Counted from the first letter of the stretch, positions 17,359-26,888 are shown. The stretch: 64,000 nt of DNA from Chthonomonadales bacterium (GCA_038229495.1 JBBROJ010000008.1:4233-68232); one strand, 5' to 3'. Notes: generated by a model from the sequence alone, not told the origin. Program-made: numbers and translations.

Positions 17359-19227
17359 ATGCATCGAATCGTCACCTGCATAAAATACGCTGGTATTCTG
17401 ACCGCTGCGCTGTGCTTCCGGCTGCCCGCGGTTGCCGACACCCCTGCCCCTGCACCTCCAGGCAGCACAATCGATTGGTCGAGGGAGCAGAGGTTTTGGT
17501 CCTTTCAAAAGCCCAGGGCGCAGACCCGGCCTGTCGTAAAGAACGTCCGATGGCCCAGGGTTCCGCTCGACTATTTTATCATGGCTCGGTTGGAGCGCAC
17601 AGGATTGACTCCGTCGCCAGAAGCAGATCGAAGAACGCTGGTCCGCCGCGTGACCTTCGACGTTACCGGTCTTCCGCCGACGCCGGACGAGGTGACGCAG
17701 TTCCTTGAGGATAAGCGGACCGGCGCTTACGAGCGGCTGGTTCAGCGATTGCTGGATTCGCGCCGGTTCGGGGAGCGAATGGCGAGCATGTGGCTGCCGC
17801 TGGCGCGATACGCTGAGGACCAGGCGCATCAGGTCGGCGACGACACGATGTACTTCTACCCGAATGCGTATAAGTATCGGGACTGGGTTATCGGCGCGTT
17901 CAACCGCGACCTTCCGTACGACCAGTTCGTCCGGCTTCAGCTTGCAGCAGATAAGATTGATAAGATTTTGAAGGCCGCTCCTGCCGCCAAAGACTCCGAC
18001 CTGGCGGCGCTCGGCTTCCTGGGCCTGGGGCCGAAATACTATGACCGCGGAAAGCTTGGGGTAATGGCGGACGAGTGGGAAGACCGCGTGGATACGGTGA
18101 CGCGTACATTCCTTGGGCTTACCGTCTCGTGTGCGCGCTGCCACGACCACAAATTCGACCCCATTACGGCGCGCGACTACTATGCGCTGGCTGGCGTGTT
18201 TGCCAGCACGAAAATGGTCAACCGCAAGCCCGATGGACAGGCCGAAAAAGGGGACGTGAAGGCGGACAAGATGAACCCCGGCACGCTTCACGTCGTGGAA
18301 GATGGGGCTGCCACCAATCTGAATGTATTTATCCGGGGTAACGTGGAGCAGAAGGGACCGCTCGTGGAGCGTCGATTCCTGCGTGTCCTCTGCGACAGCG
18401 AGCCTCCTCCGTTCAAGGAGGGCAGCGGGCGCGGAGATCTGGCCGGGGCCATTGCCAGCCGCGAGAATCCGCTCACGGCGCGTGTTATCGTCAATCGCGT
18501 GTGGGGACTGCTCTTCGGCCGGCCGCTAGTCGATACGCCGAGCAACTTCGGCCGCCGGGGTTCGCTTCCCACGCACCCGGAGATGCTCGACGATCTGGCC
18601 GTGAGATTCATGGACGGCGGCTGGTCGATCAAATCGCTGGTCCGCGAGATCGCGCTCTCATCTGCATATAGGCAAGGCTCTGCTAGTGATGCGAAGAAGG
18701 CGGAGATCGACGCCCCTAACCTTCTACTCTGGCGAATGAATCGCCGCCGGCTTACCGTAGAGCAGTGGAGAGACGCGACTCTATTCCTATCGGGCGAGCT
18801 GAAATGGGAGGGCGAAAACTCGCCCGACCTGGACAACCCGGCGAATCATCGCCGCACGGTCTGCGCGCGAATCAGCCGATTGAATCTCAACGGCGTGCTG
18901 GCCCTTTTCGACTATCCCGATGCCAACGTGCATGCGGAAAAGCGATCAGTCACCACCACTCCTACGCAGAAGCTGTTCATGCTGAACAGCCCGTTTATGA
19001 TGGGCCGGGCCAGGGCGCTGGCCGCGCGAATCGCGGCGCAGTCTGACGAGAACGACCCGGCGCGCGTCCGACGAGCCTATCAAATGCTTTTTGGCCGCGA
19101 TGCGGACCCTTCGGAACTGAAGATTGCGCTGGAATTTTTGCGGCGGCCGGCGGCGGCAGGCATGACACGGTGGGAGCAGTACGCGCAGATGCTGCTCGCC
19201 TCCAATGAGATGCTTTTTGTGGATTGA
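17359..19227 (+). CDS. DUF1549/DUF1553 (PSD1, Planctomycete-type) protein
   Basis: WSFQKP, DRRTLVRRVTFD.TGLPPT, YRDWVI.AFN.DLPYDQF, CARCHDHKFDPI, NPLTARVIVNRVW, PTHPEMLD.LA, P.Q.LFMLNS. Confidence 0.9.
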   Translation: MHRIVTCIKYAGILTAALCFRLPAVADTPAPAPPGSTIDWSREQRFWSFQKPRAQTRPVVKNVRWPRVPLDYFIMARLERTGLTPSPEADRRTLVRRVTFDVTGLPPTPDEVTQFLEDKRTGAYERLVQRLLDSRRFGERMASMWLPLARYAEDQAHQVGDDTMYFYPNAYKYRDWVIGAFNRDLPYDQFVRLQLAADKIDKILKAAPAAKDSDLAALGFLGLGPKYYDRGKLGVMADEWEDRVDTVTRTFLGLTVSCARCHDHKFDPITARDYYALAGVFASTKMVNRKPDGQAEKGDVKADKMNPGTLHVVEDGAATNLNVFIRGNVEQKGPLVERRFLRVLCDSEPPPFKEGSGRGDLAGAIASRENPLTARVIVNRVWGLLFGRPLVDTPSNFGRRGSLPTHPEMLDDLAVRFMDGGWSIKSLVREIALSSAYRQGSASDAKKAEIDAPNLLLWRMNRRRLTVEQWRDATLFLSGELKWEGENSPDLDNPANHRRTVCARISRLNLNGVLALFDYPDANVHAEKRSVTTTPTQKLFMLNSPFMMGRARALAARIAAQSDENDPARVRRAYQMLFGRDADPSELKIALEFLRRPAAAGMTRWEQYAQMLLASNEMLFVD

Positions 19228-19261
19228 CGCCTGCTTATGGGCTTATGGAGTGGGGTTAGAG

Positions 19262-20665
19262 ATGATTGAAGATATTCAGGCAGGGTTGAGCCGCCGCGAG
19301 ATGCTCCGGCGCATGTCCGCCGGGTTCGGCATGCTCAGTATGGCAGGCATGACTGCGCCGGCACGCGCTTTCGCGGACAGCGCCACCCATTCCCCGCAAT
19401 TCGCGCCTCGCGCGAAGCGCATCATTTTCCTGTTCCTCAACGGCGGGCCGTCGCACATTGACACCTTCGATCCTAAGCCCGCGTTGAAGAAGTTCGAGGG
19501 CCAGAAGCCCACGGGAGATTTCTACCGCAAGGTGAAGGGCACAGGGTTCATGCCCTCTCCATTCACCTTCAAGCGCTGCGGCCAGAGCGGAATCGAGGTC
19601 TGCGAAACGCTGCCGAACCTGTCGCGAATCATTGACGACTGCTGCGTCATTCGCTCGATGAAGACCGACGTGCCGAATCACGAGCCTGCGCTGCTTCAGA
19701 TGCACACGGGCAACGTCCAGCCCATCCGGCCCTCGATGGGCTCGTGGCTCCTTTATGGGCTTGGCTCCGAAAATGAGAACCTGCCGGGTTATGTCGTCCT
19801 GCGGCCCAGCTCGAAAATAGTCGTCGGTCCCGCGCTGTGGAGCAATAGCTTTCTCCCCGCCGAATACCAGGCAACAAGCGTCATTACCGCCGATATGCAG
19901 GTGGAGAAGCTGGTCGCCAACATCCGCAGTTCCACTCTCACCGTGCAGCAGCAGCGCGAGGACCTGGACATGCTCGGCCGGCTGAATCGCATGCATCTCA
20001 AGAAGCGTGACGCCGACCCGGAGCTCGAGGGCCAGATCAAAGCCATGGAGACCGCTTTCCGCATGCAGAAGGAGGCGATGCGCACGTTCGACATCAACCG
20101 CGAACCGGAGCACGTCCGCAAGATGTACGGCGATACCACGTTTGGCCGCTCGTGCCTGCTCGCCCGGCGTCTCGTCGAGGATGGCGTGCGATTCGTCACG
20201 GTGTACTATACGAGTGACCAGGACAACCAGCCTTGGGACACCCATTCCAACCACGACGCGCGGCACCCGAAGCTCTGTGCGGACGCCGACCGAGCCGGGG
20301 CCGCGCTCATATCCGATCTCAAGGCGCGGGGACTGCTGGAGGACACGCTCGTAATCTGGGGCGGGGAGTTTGGCCGCACGCCCTACGCGGAAAACCCGGA
20401 GAAGTCGAAAGCGGGCCGCGACCACCACCACACGGCGTTCAGTATGCTGCTGGCAGGCGGGGGCGTGAAGGGCGGGACGGTCTACGGAACGTCGGACGAG
20501 TTCGGGCTGAATGTAGCCGAGAACCCCGTTCACGTACACGATCTGCACGCCACGGTACTCCATCTGCTGGGAATCGATCACACCAAGCTGACCTATCGGT
20601 ATGCGGGCCGCGACTTCCGCCTGACCGATGTCTATGGAAATGTCGTGAAACCGATATTGGCGTAA
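19262..20665 (+). CDS. DUF1501 domain protein (Tat-type SRREML signal)
   Basis: AKRIIFLFLNGGPSHIDTFDPKP, FGRSCLLARRLVE.GVRFV, WDTH, WGGEFGRTP, GRDHH, VHVHDLHAT.LHLLGIDH..LTY...GRDFRLTDV. Confidence 0.92.
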   Translation: MIEDIQAGLSRREMLRRMSAGFGMLSMAGMTAPARAFADSATHSPQFAPRAKRIIFLFLNGGPSHIDTFDPKPALKKFEGQKPTGDFYRKVKGTGFMPSPFTFKRCGQSGIEVCETLPNLSRIIDDCCVIRSMKTDVPNHEPALLQMHTGNVQPIRPSMGSWLLYGLGSENENLPGYVVLRPSSKIVVGPALWSNSFLPAEYQATSVITADMQVEKLVANIRSSTLTVQQQREDLDMLGRLNRMHLKKRDADPELEGQIKAMETAFRMQKEAMRTFDINREPEHVRKMYGDTTFGRSCLLARRLVEDGVRFVTVYYTSDQDNQPWDTHSNHDARHPKLCADADRAGAALISDLKARGLLEDTLVIWGGEFGRTPYAENPEKSKAGRDHHHTAFSMLLAGGGVKGGTVYGTSDEFGLNVAENPVHVHDLHATVLHLLGIDHTKLTYRYAGRDFRLTDVYGNVVKPILA

Positions 20666-20672
20666 CAAGATT

Positions 20673-20702
20673 ATAGGGGCGGACACGCAGGTCCGCCCTT
20701 AC
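20673..20702. repeat. GTAG-type REP-like palindrome between convergent genes
   Basis: taggggcggac-acgca-ggtccgccct-tac hairpin. Confidence 0.6.
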
Positions 20703-20726
20703 GATATATGGCCCGACGTTTCGAGA

Positions 20727-21440
20727 TTAGCCGGCGAGCGCCTGCTTTTGCAGTTGATTCAGAGCCTGGCATCCCTGCGCCGCGAGGTCAAGGAGCTTGT
20801 TCAAGCGCGCGCGGTCGAACGGAGCGCCTTCCGCCGTGCCCTGCACCTCGATGTATCGGCCCTTGTCCGTCATCACCACGTTCATGTCCACCGCCGCGAT
20901 CTTGTCCTCGGCATAGCAGAGGTCCAGCAGCTCCTCGCCACCGGTTGCTCCCACGCTGATGGCCGATACCATCTCCGTCATCGGCATCACCCGAATCATG
21001 CGCTTGGCCTTCATCCAGTTCAACGCGTCCAGGAGCGCAACATATGCGCCTGTAATGGAGGCGGTGCGCGTGCCGCCGTCGGCCATAAGCACGTCGCAGT
21101 CGAGGAGAATCGTGCGTTCTCCCAGCGCGTCCATGTTCACCACGCTGCGCAGGCTGCGGCCCACGAGACGCTGAATCTCTACCGTGCGCCCGCCCGGTCC
21201 CTTCGTGTCCCTCTGTGTGCGATCCTTGCAGGAGCGGGGAAGCATGGAATACTCCGCCGTAACCCACCCCTTGCCGCTGTTCTTGAGGAAAGGCGGCACC
21301 CGGTCCTCCACGCTGGCGGTGCAGATGACCTTCGTGTTGCCAAACTCAATGAGACAGGAACCTTCGGCATAGGGCATGAACCCACGCGTGATCTTTACCG
21401 GGCGCAGCTCGTTATTCGCTCGGCCATCCACTCTTGGCAT
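20727..21440 (-). CDS. rph: Ribonuclease PH
   Basis: [83 protein letters not shown]. Confidence 0.97.
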   Translation of the reverse strand: MPRVDGRANNELRPVKITRGFMPYAEGSCLIEFGNTKVICTASVEDRVPPFLKNSGKGWVTAEYSMLPRSCKDRTQRDTKGPGGRTVEIQRLVGRSLRSVVNMDALGERTILLDCDVLMADGGTRTASITGAYVALLDALNWMKAKRMIRVMPMTEMVSAISVGATGGEELLDLCYAEDKIAAVDMNVVMTDKGRYIEVQGTAEGAPFDRARLNKLLDLAAQGCQALNQLQKQALAG

Positions 21441-21568
21441 TGTACAGTTCCTCGCGTCAGCTAGAATGATTCTATAAGTCTCGCGACGACTATGGGCTGC
21501 GCCGCACGGCGGTTGTTCGGCGCAGCGACCCAATTCTCCTATTGTTCGGGGCATCCTCTTTTAGCGTA

Positions 21569-22067
21569 TTGCGTCACGAATGAACCTGACTATGGGGCAT
21601 TCGTTGCCTCATGGGAGAATCTGACTATAGCCGTCTGGGTAAGGCGGTGGGTTGACCTGCTGTTGTCGTTCAGGTTGCGAGTTCGCGGAGAAGGTCCGCG
21701 AGCTGCTCCAATGCCTGTATCCGCTCAATGATCTCTTCTCCCTTCTCACCGTGTTGCCGGGTTTCTGTACGGTCGTTGAAGTAGTCGTCCATCTCATCTC
21801 GGGCGGTCTGGACAGCCCCCCGTGCGACCACGATCAGCGCGCGCCACCGACGCTCCGCCGGGATGGTAGGAATGGGCGGCGCAGGCGGCAATCCTTTTGC
21901 CTCTCGCTCATTTGTAGCGAGCGCTCACCTCCCGGGCGTACTCATGGCATGACTGGTTACTCATCATATGCCTCACATGCCTCCGTAACCACATTCTGCA
22001 CATGTGGCCCGCTCAGGTTTATTCGTGAGGCAACGATACCGCTTGGGTCAGGTTCTTAATGAGGCAA
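21569..22067. mobile_element. Putative non-autonomous element remnant with paired 20-21-bp motifs at each end
   Basis: Motif TCAG.TT.....(.)TGA.GCAA at 21569-21589 and 21604-21624 (minus) and 22013-22033 and 22048-22067 (plus); 35-bp period on both sides. Confidence 0.5.
21670..21945 (-). pseudogene. Small helical hypothetical protein with disrupted N-terminus
   Basis: Coding-like ...EAKGLPPAPPIPTIPAERRWRALI..AR.A.QTA.DEMDDYFN.R...GEKGE.I.ERI.ALE; in-frame TGA at 21925-21927 truncates the 5' part. Confidence 0.5.
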
Positions 22068-22113
22068 CGCGCGCGTGTTCCGACACTTGCAGCGCATGTG
22101 CTATAATTGTACG

Positions 22114-22290
22114 CTGCTTCTCCAGGTCCATGATGAGATTGTCTTCGGCGTGGACACGGCGGCGCTGCCTGTCGTCACGTCCGAAATTGTCCGCCTGATG
22201 GAGGATGCGTTCACGATGGACGTGCCGCTCCGCGTGGACGCCAAGGCCGGATCGAATTGGGCGGAGATGATGCCAATACCGCGCGCATAA
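22114..22290 (+). pseudogene. polA: DNA polymerase I C-terminal remnant (~58 aa)
   Basis: LLLQVHDEIVF (motif C)...MEDA..MDVPLRVDAKAGSNWAE is the extreme C-terminus of PolA; no upstream polA sequence. Confidence 0.85.
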
Positions 22291-22540
22291 CCTTCCCTCC
22301 CGCATCGGGCAAGTGAAGCGCAGCCCGAGCGAGCGAAAGACGAGGGCCGGGGTGCGTAATCTGATTTCTTTGCAGGAATCGCGGCACGCGCCGCTCTCTA
22401 CGTGGCTTACGCCGCGTTTGGTGGCGCGCACTATCACTTTTCGATGAGGCCCTGCCGCCCATCGCGACTGCTAATACTGATGTCGCCTACCGTCACACTG
22501 TCGGAAGTCCAGGCGGCATCGCGAGAGGAGTTTAGTTGCA

Positions 22541-24313
22541 ATGACTGATGAGAATTTGAACCCGCACGCGGAAATCGCGGAGGGAACGAGCGCCAAAGCG
22601 GCCGCTCCTGCCGACGACACCACCGAATCGGTCGATTCGGCGTCGCCTGCGGACGCGCAGCCAAACAGGGCCGGCGCTGTTCTGGACGATCCGGTTTCCG
22701 ATACAACGGGTACAATCGTCGCGGATCAGGATGGGGCGACCCCGCCGCCGCTCGTCGACGCGTCGTTAGACGCGCCGGTAGCATCGACGCCGGAGCCAGC
22801 CACAGAATCCGCCTCCGCGCCATCAGCCACGGCCGAAGCTCCCGCCCAGCCTGCGGCCGGCAAAGCAACTCCCAAACCGGCCGCGCCGAGTCCCGCGAAA
22901 TCCAGGGCTAAAACCCCTGTTCCGGCAGCGCCCAAAACTCTCGCGCCTCCCGAAGCTTCCTCAGCGCCGGCGCCTGAGGCTCCCGTCGCCGCCGTTACAA
23001 CTGCGGCTTCACCGTCGCCGGAACCCGTTGCCGAGTCCGGCCGCTCGCTCCGCAACGCGAACACGCTTCCCGAAATGTCTATGGAGGCCGCCGACGACTA
23101 CTCCTCCACCTTTACCGCCCTGCGAGAAGGCGACGTAGTGACGGGCGTGGTCGTCCACATCGACCGCGAAGGCGTGCTGGTGGACGTGGGCACGAAATCC
23201 GAAGGCATTATCCGCCGCCATGAGCTTTCCCGTGACTCGTCTCTCTCCGCCGAAGACATTGTCAAGGTTGGAGAGCGGATCGACGTCTACATTATGGAGA
23301 CGGAGAACCAAGACGGCAACCTAATTCTCTCCAAGAAACGGGCCGACTTCGAGAAGGCATGGGAGAAAGTTCAGGAATCGAAGGAGAAAGGCGAGACCCT
23401 TACCGCCATGGTGACCGACCGGGTCAAGGGCGGCCTCGTGGTGGACCTGGGTATCCGTGGATTCGTTCCCGCTTCCCATGTCGGCAACGGCTCCATGAAG
23501 AACAATCTGGAAAAGTACGTCGGCCAGTCCATTCCGCTCAAGGTCATCGAGGTGGACAAGGAGCGCCGGAAGGTCGTTCTGTCCAACAAGCTCGCCATGG
23601 ACGAGGACCGCCAGAGCCGCAAGGCCGAGACGGTGGGGAGCCTCCAGCCGAACCAGATTCGCCGCGGAATCGTCCGCCGTCTTACCAACTATGGCGCGTT
23701 TATCGATCTCGGTGGCATCGACGGCCTGCTCCACATCTCCGAAATGTCGTGGACGCGAATCAACCATCCTTCGGAGGTGCTGAAAGAGGGCCAGGAGCTC
23801 GACGTGGTCGTGCTGAAGATGGACATCGAAGCCGGCCGGGTCAGCCTGGGGCTGCGGCAGATTCTTCCCGATCCGTGGACCGGCATCGACGCCCGCTACC
23901 ATGCAGGCGACGTTATCACCGGCCAGGTGACCCGCGTCGTTCCGTTCGGCGTCTTCGTGCAGGTTGAAGGCGGCATCGAAGGAATCATTCCGAACGCCGA
24001 GATGGGGAGCCGAAAGGGCGGCAAAGGCGGAACGCCGTTCGTGCAAGGCCAGGACGTGGAGGTCAAGGTGCTTGACGTTCGTCCGGACGAGCGCAAGATG
24101 ACGCTTTCGCTCAAGGCGCTCCAAAGCGAACCGGAGCAGCGTCGCGACCGACCGGAGGCTGACACCTTCCAGCAGCAGCAGCCCCGCTCCGAGCGGGAGG
24201 AGACTCCCCGCTTCACCATCGGTGATGCGCTCCGCGCCAAAGAAGAGGCAGAGTCCGAAGCCGCGGACGCCGAGGCCGACTACGAAGACGAAATCGAAGG
24301 CGAGCAGGAGTAG
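22541..24313 (+). CDS. rpsA: 30S ribosomal protein S1 (4 S1 domains) with ~178-aa Pro/Ala-rich N-terminal extension
   Basis: GDVVTG.V..IDREGVLVDVGTKSEG, VKGGLVVDLGIRGFVPASH, TNYGAFIDLGGIDGLLHISEMSW, PFGVFVQVEGGIEG; GAGGAG RBS at 22541. Confidence 0.95.
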   Translation: MTDENLNPHAEIAEGTSAKAAAPADDTTESVDSASPADAQPNRAGAVLDDPVSDTTGTIVADQDGATPPPLVDASLDAPVASTPEPATESASAPSATAEAPAQPAAGKATPKPAAPSPAKSRAKTPVPAAPKTLAPPEASSAPAPEAPVAAVTTAASPSPEPVAESGRSLRNANTLPEMSMEAADDYSSTFTALREGDVVTGVVVHIDREGVLVDVGTKSEGIIRRHELSRDSSLSAEDIVKVGERIDVYIMETENQDGNLILSKKRADFEKAWEKVQESKEKGETLTAMVTDRVKGGLVVDLGIRGFVPASHVGNGSMKNNLEKYVGQSIPLKVIEVDKERRKVVLSNKLAMDEDRQSRKAETVGSLQPNQIRRGIVRRLTNYGAFIDLGGIDGLLHISEMSWTRINHPSEVLKEGQELDVVVLKMDIEAGRVSLGLRQILPDPWTGIDARYHAGDVITGQVTRVVPFGVFVQVEGGIEGIIPNAEMGSRKGGKGGTPFVQGQDVEVKVLDVRPDERKMTLSLKALQSEPEQRRDRPEADTFQQQQPRSEREETPRFTIGDALRAKEEAESEAADAEADYEDEIEGEQE

Positions 24314-24320
24314 CCAGTCA

Positions 24321-24402
24321 GTCAACTGGTCAATTAGTCAATGAGTAAATGAACAGCCTTCTCGATGACCCATTGACCCGTTGACTAATTGACTAATTGA
24401 CC
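24321..24402. repeat. Inverted pair of octamer arrays (GTCAATka / ttGACtaa) filling the rpsA-coaE gap
   Basis: 4 units at 24321-24352; about 5 inverted units at 24365-24402. Confidence 0.85.
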
Positions 24403-24403
24403 T

Positions 24404-25027
24404 ATGTTAACCATCGGAATCACAGGGGGAGTGGCGACCGGCAAAAGCACGGTCGCCACTCTTTTTCGTCAGCATGGCGCGACGGTTCTTAGCGCCGACG
24501 AGGCCGCGCGCGAGGTGACCGCGCCGGGCTCTCCCGTCCTCGCTCAGATAGCATCAGCATCAGCATTTGGTCATGAGTATATCCTTCCGGATGGCTCGCT
24601 GGACCGCGCGGCGCTCGGCCAACGGGTGTTCAGCAAATCGGAGGACCGTGCCGCGCTTGAGGCTATCACGCATCCTGCCATTCTCCAGCGGCTTCACGAG
24701 CAGATTGAGGCGGCCCGTGCCGTCCTGCCCCCCAATTCCGTCATCGCTGTCGAGGTCCCCCTCCTTTACGAGGCCGGTATGGAGTCCTGGTTCGACCGTG
24801 TTGTGGTAGCAGCATGTTCCGAGCCTGTTCAATTGAGTCGCCTTCAGTCCCGAGGCAATTTGAGCGAAGAAGAGGCCCGCCTCCGCACCGGCACGCAAAT
24901 GCCGCTTGCGGAGAAGATTAGCCGTGCCCACTACACGCTTTGGAACAACAGTACGCTGGAATATCTGCAAATGCAGTTCGAGAAATTATGGGACGAATTC
25001 ATGGCGCTGGGTAATGAGGGGGAATAA
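24404..25027 (+). CDS. coaE: Dephospho-CoA kinase
   Basis: IGITGGVATGKSTV, ADEAAR, LDRAALGQRVF, LEAITHP, EVPLLYE, R...QMPL.EK. Confidence 0.95.
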   Translation: MLTIGITGGVATGKSTVATLFRQHGATVLSADEAAREVTAPGSPVLAQIASASAFGHEYILPDGSLDRAALGQRVFSKSEDRAALEAITHPAILQRLHEQIEAARAVLPPNSVIAVEVPLLYEAGMESWFDRVVVAACSEPVQLSRLQSRGNLSEEEARLRTGTQMPLAEKISRAHYTLWNNSTLEYLQMQFEKLWDEFMALGNEGE

Positions 25028-25048
25028 CAAAACTCTAGCATAAGGGTT

Positions 25049-25089
25049 TTTCGTCCGGCAGAACGATTGGCCGCAGGCCCTCAAGCGAG
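25049..25089 (+). repeat. REP-like dispersed repeat (sister of 833-873)
   Basis: 37/41 identical to the reverse complement of 833-873. Confidence 0.75.
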
Positions 25090-25201
25090 GTCACTTCAGT
25101 GCCTCGCTCGCCCGTGGCCCGCGCTGATGGCGCATGGAAATGACGGATAAGTCACATATGACGGATAATATCAACGACTGATTGAGAGGAGTAGCACTCG
25201 C

Positions 25202-26137
25202 ATGAGGTACGGCAGATTTGGCTCTGTTGGGACGATTCTTTTGATGGCGGGAATGGCCCTGTGCCTCTGTTCAGGGCCCGCGCATTCTCTTGCCACGACG
25301 CAGTCCAGCGATGCGAACGATGGGAAGCTGCGAATCATCGCTTTTGGCGCGCATCCCGATGACTGCGAGCTGCGCGTAGCAGGCACGGCGGCAAAATGGG
25401 CGGCGCAGGGACATCACGTGAAGTTCGTCTCTCTTACGAACGGCGACATAGGCCATTGGGCGATGGCAGGCGGTCCGCTGGCGCGGCGGCGGGCGGCGGA
25501 GGTGCAGAAATGCGCGCAGATACTTGGAATCACCTCGCAGGTGCTGGACATCCACGACGGCGAGCTTCTGCCCTCCCTCGAAAATCGGCGCATCGTCACG
25601 CGGCTGATTCGCGAGTGGAAGGCCGATATTGTACTTTGCCATCGGCCTAACGACTATCATCCCGACCATCGCAACGTGGGCATGCTGATCCAGGACGCCG
25701 CCTACATGGTCACCGTCCCCTTCTTCTGCCCCGACACGCCCTACCTCCAGCGAAATCCGGTGTTCCTGTTCTACGAGGACCGCTTCACGAAGCCGAATCC
25801 GTTTCAGGCGGACATTGCGGTGGGAATCGACGACGTTATACAAAAGAAGCTCGATACGGTGGATGCGCTGGAATCCCAGTTTTTCGAGGGCGGAGCCAAC
25901 GGATCGACGGCGCTCATTCCTCCCGACGAAGCGGGACGGGCGGCGCGCAGGAAAAGCGTGCGAGAAGGATTCGCCGGACGGTTCGCAGGCTCCGCGAACG
26001 AATTCCGGGCAAAGTTGCGAGACCTCTACGGGATGGAGCGGGGCGACGCGGTAAAGTACGCGGAGGCGTTCGAAATCAGCGAGTATGGCCGCCGTCCGGG
26101 CAAGGATGAGATTCGGAAGCTATTCCCGTTCTTCTAA
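25202..26137 (+). CDS. PIG-L/LmbE family deacetylase, exported
   Basis: Signal peptide; GAHPDDCE, TNGD.G, DYHPDHR, YAEAF. Confidence 0.9.
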   Translation: MRYGRFGSVGTILLMAGMALCLCSGPAHSLATTQSSDANDGKLRIIAFGAHPDDCELRVAGTAAKWAAQGHHVKFVSLTNGDIGHWAMAGGPLARRRAAEVQKCAQILGITSQVLDIHDGELLPSLENRRIVTRLIREWKADIVLCHRPNDYHPDHRNVGMLIQDAAYMVTVPFFCPDTPYLQRNPVFLFYEDRFTKPNPFQADIAVGIDDVIQKKLDTVDALESQFFEGGANGSTALIPPDEAGRAARRKSVREGFAGRFAGSANEFRAKLRDLYGMERGDAVKYAEAFEISEYGRRPGKDEIRKLFPFF

Positions 26138-26888
26138 AGCGACCGCCGGGCCGGCGCGTTTTTGTTACGGCACTCGTCTCCAGAGCATCAAGGAACAGGG
26201 CGGCCCAGACCTTGTATCCCGCGACGTTGGGATGGTCGCCGTCGGCAGAATAGTGCTGGCGCGACAGCTTGCCACTGCCATAGACGTCGACATGCGTCAC
26301 ACCGAAGTTGCCAATGAGCGAACGGACCAGCGCATTCTCTTGCCGGCATTGAGCGGCGAACAATCTTTTCAGGACCCAGGGAAAGGCCGGCCCGCCGCTC
26401 ATGTCGGGCGAGCCCGAGACCAGGACTTGACGGGCAGGCAACCGCTGGAGTACCTCCATAAGCTCGATGAACTGCAGCCTGTACTCGCGAATGGACGTTA
26501 GATGAGTGGTGTCCATTCCCCCGACAAAAACGAGCAGGATGTCGATGGGTTCGTCCTCGATAGAGGGAATCTGCGATGCGGCGACATCCCGCAGGTAAGC
26601 TCCCGATTCCGCGAGATTTCGGATTCGCACGCAATACCCTTCATCCGCCAGCCCAACCCCAATCTGATAAGGAAGAGAGCCGGTAACCTCCACTACCCCA
26701 TAGCCTGTCGTAAAGCTGTCACCAAGCGCGGCAACGTTCAGTGGGGGATCCTTTGGATCCCCCACTTCGTAGTTCCGCTCGAATTGCATGCTTATGCGCC
26801 GCAGCGCGTGGCTCCTGAAAAGACGGTATCCCGCGCGCGCAAGGACAGCTGTGATATAGGCGCATAGAAGGGGAGTGACTGGATTCAT
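26076..26888 (-). CDS. SGNH/GDSL hydrolase
   Basis: LGDSFTTG block I, GGMD block III variant, DGDHPN..GY block V. Confidence 0.85.
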   Translation of the reverse strand: MNPVTPLLCAYITAVLARAGYRLFRSHALRRISMQFERNYEVGDPKDPPLNVAALGDSFTTGYGVVEVTGSLPYQIGVGLADEGYCVRIRNLAESGAYLRDVAASQIPSIEDEPIDILLVFVGGMDTTHLTSIREYRLQFIELMEVLQRLPARQVLVSGSPDMSGGPAFPWVLKRLFAAQCRQENALVRSLIGNFGVTHVDVYGSGKLSRQHYSADGDHPNVAGYKVWAALFLDALETSAVTKTRRPGGRFRRTGIASESHPCPDGGHTR

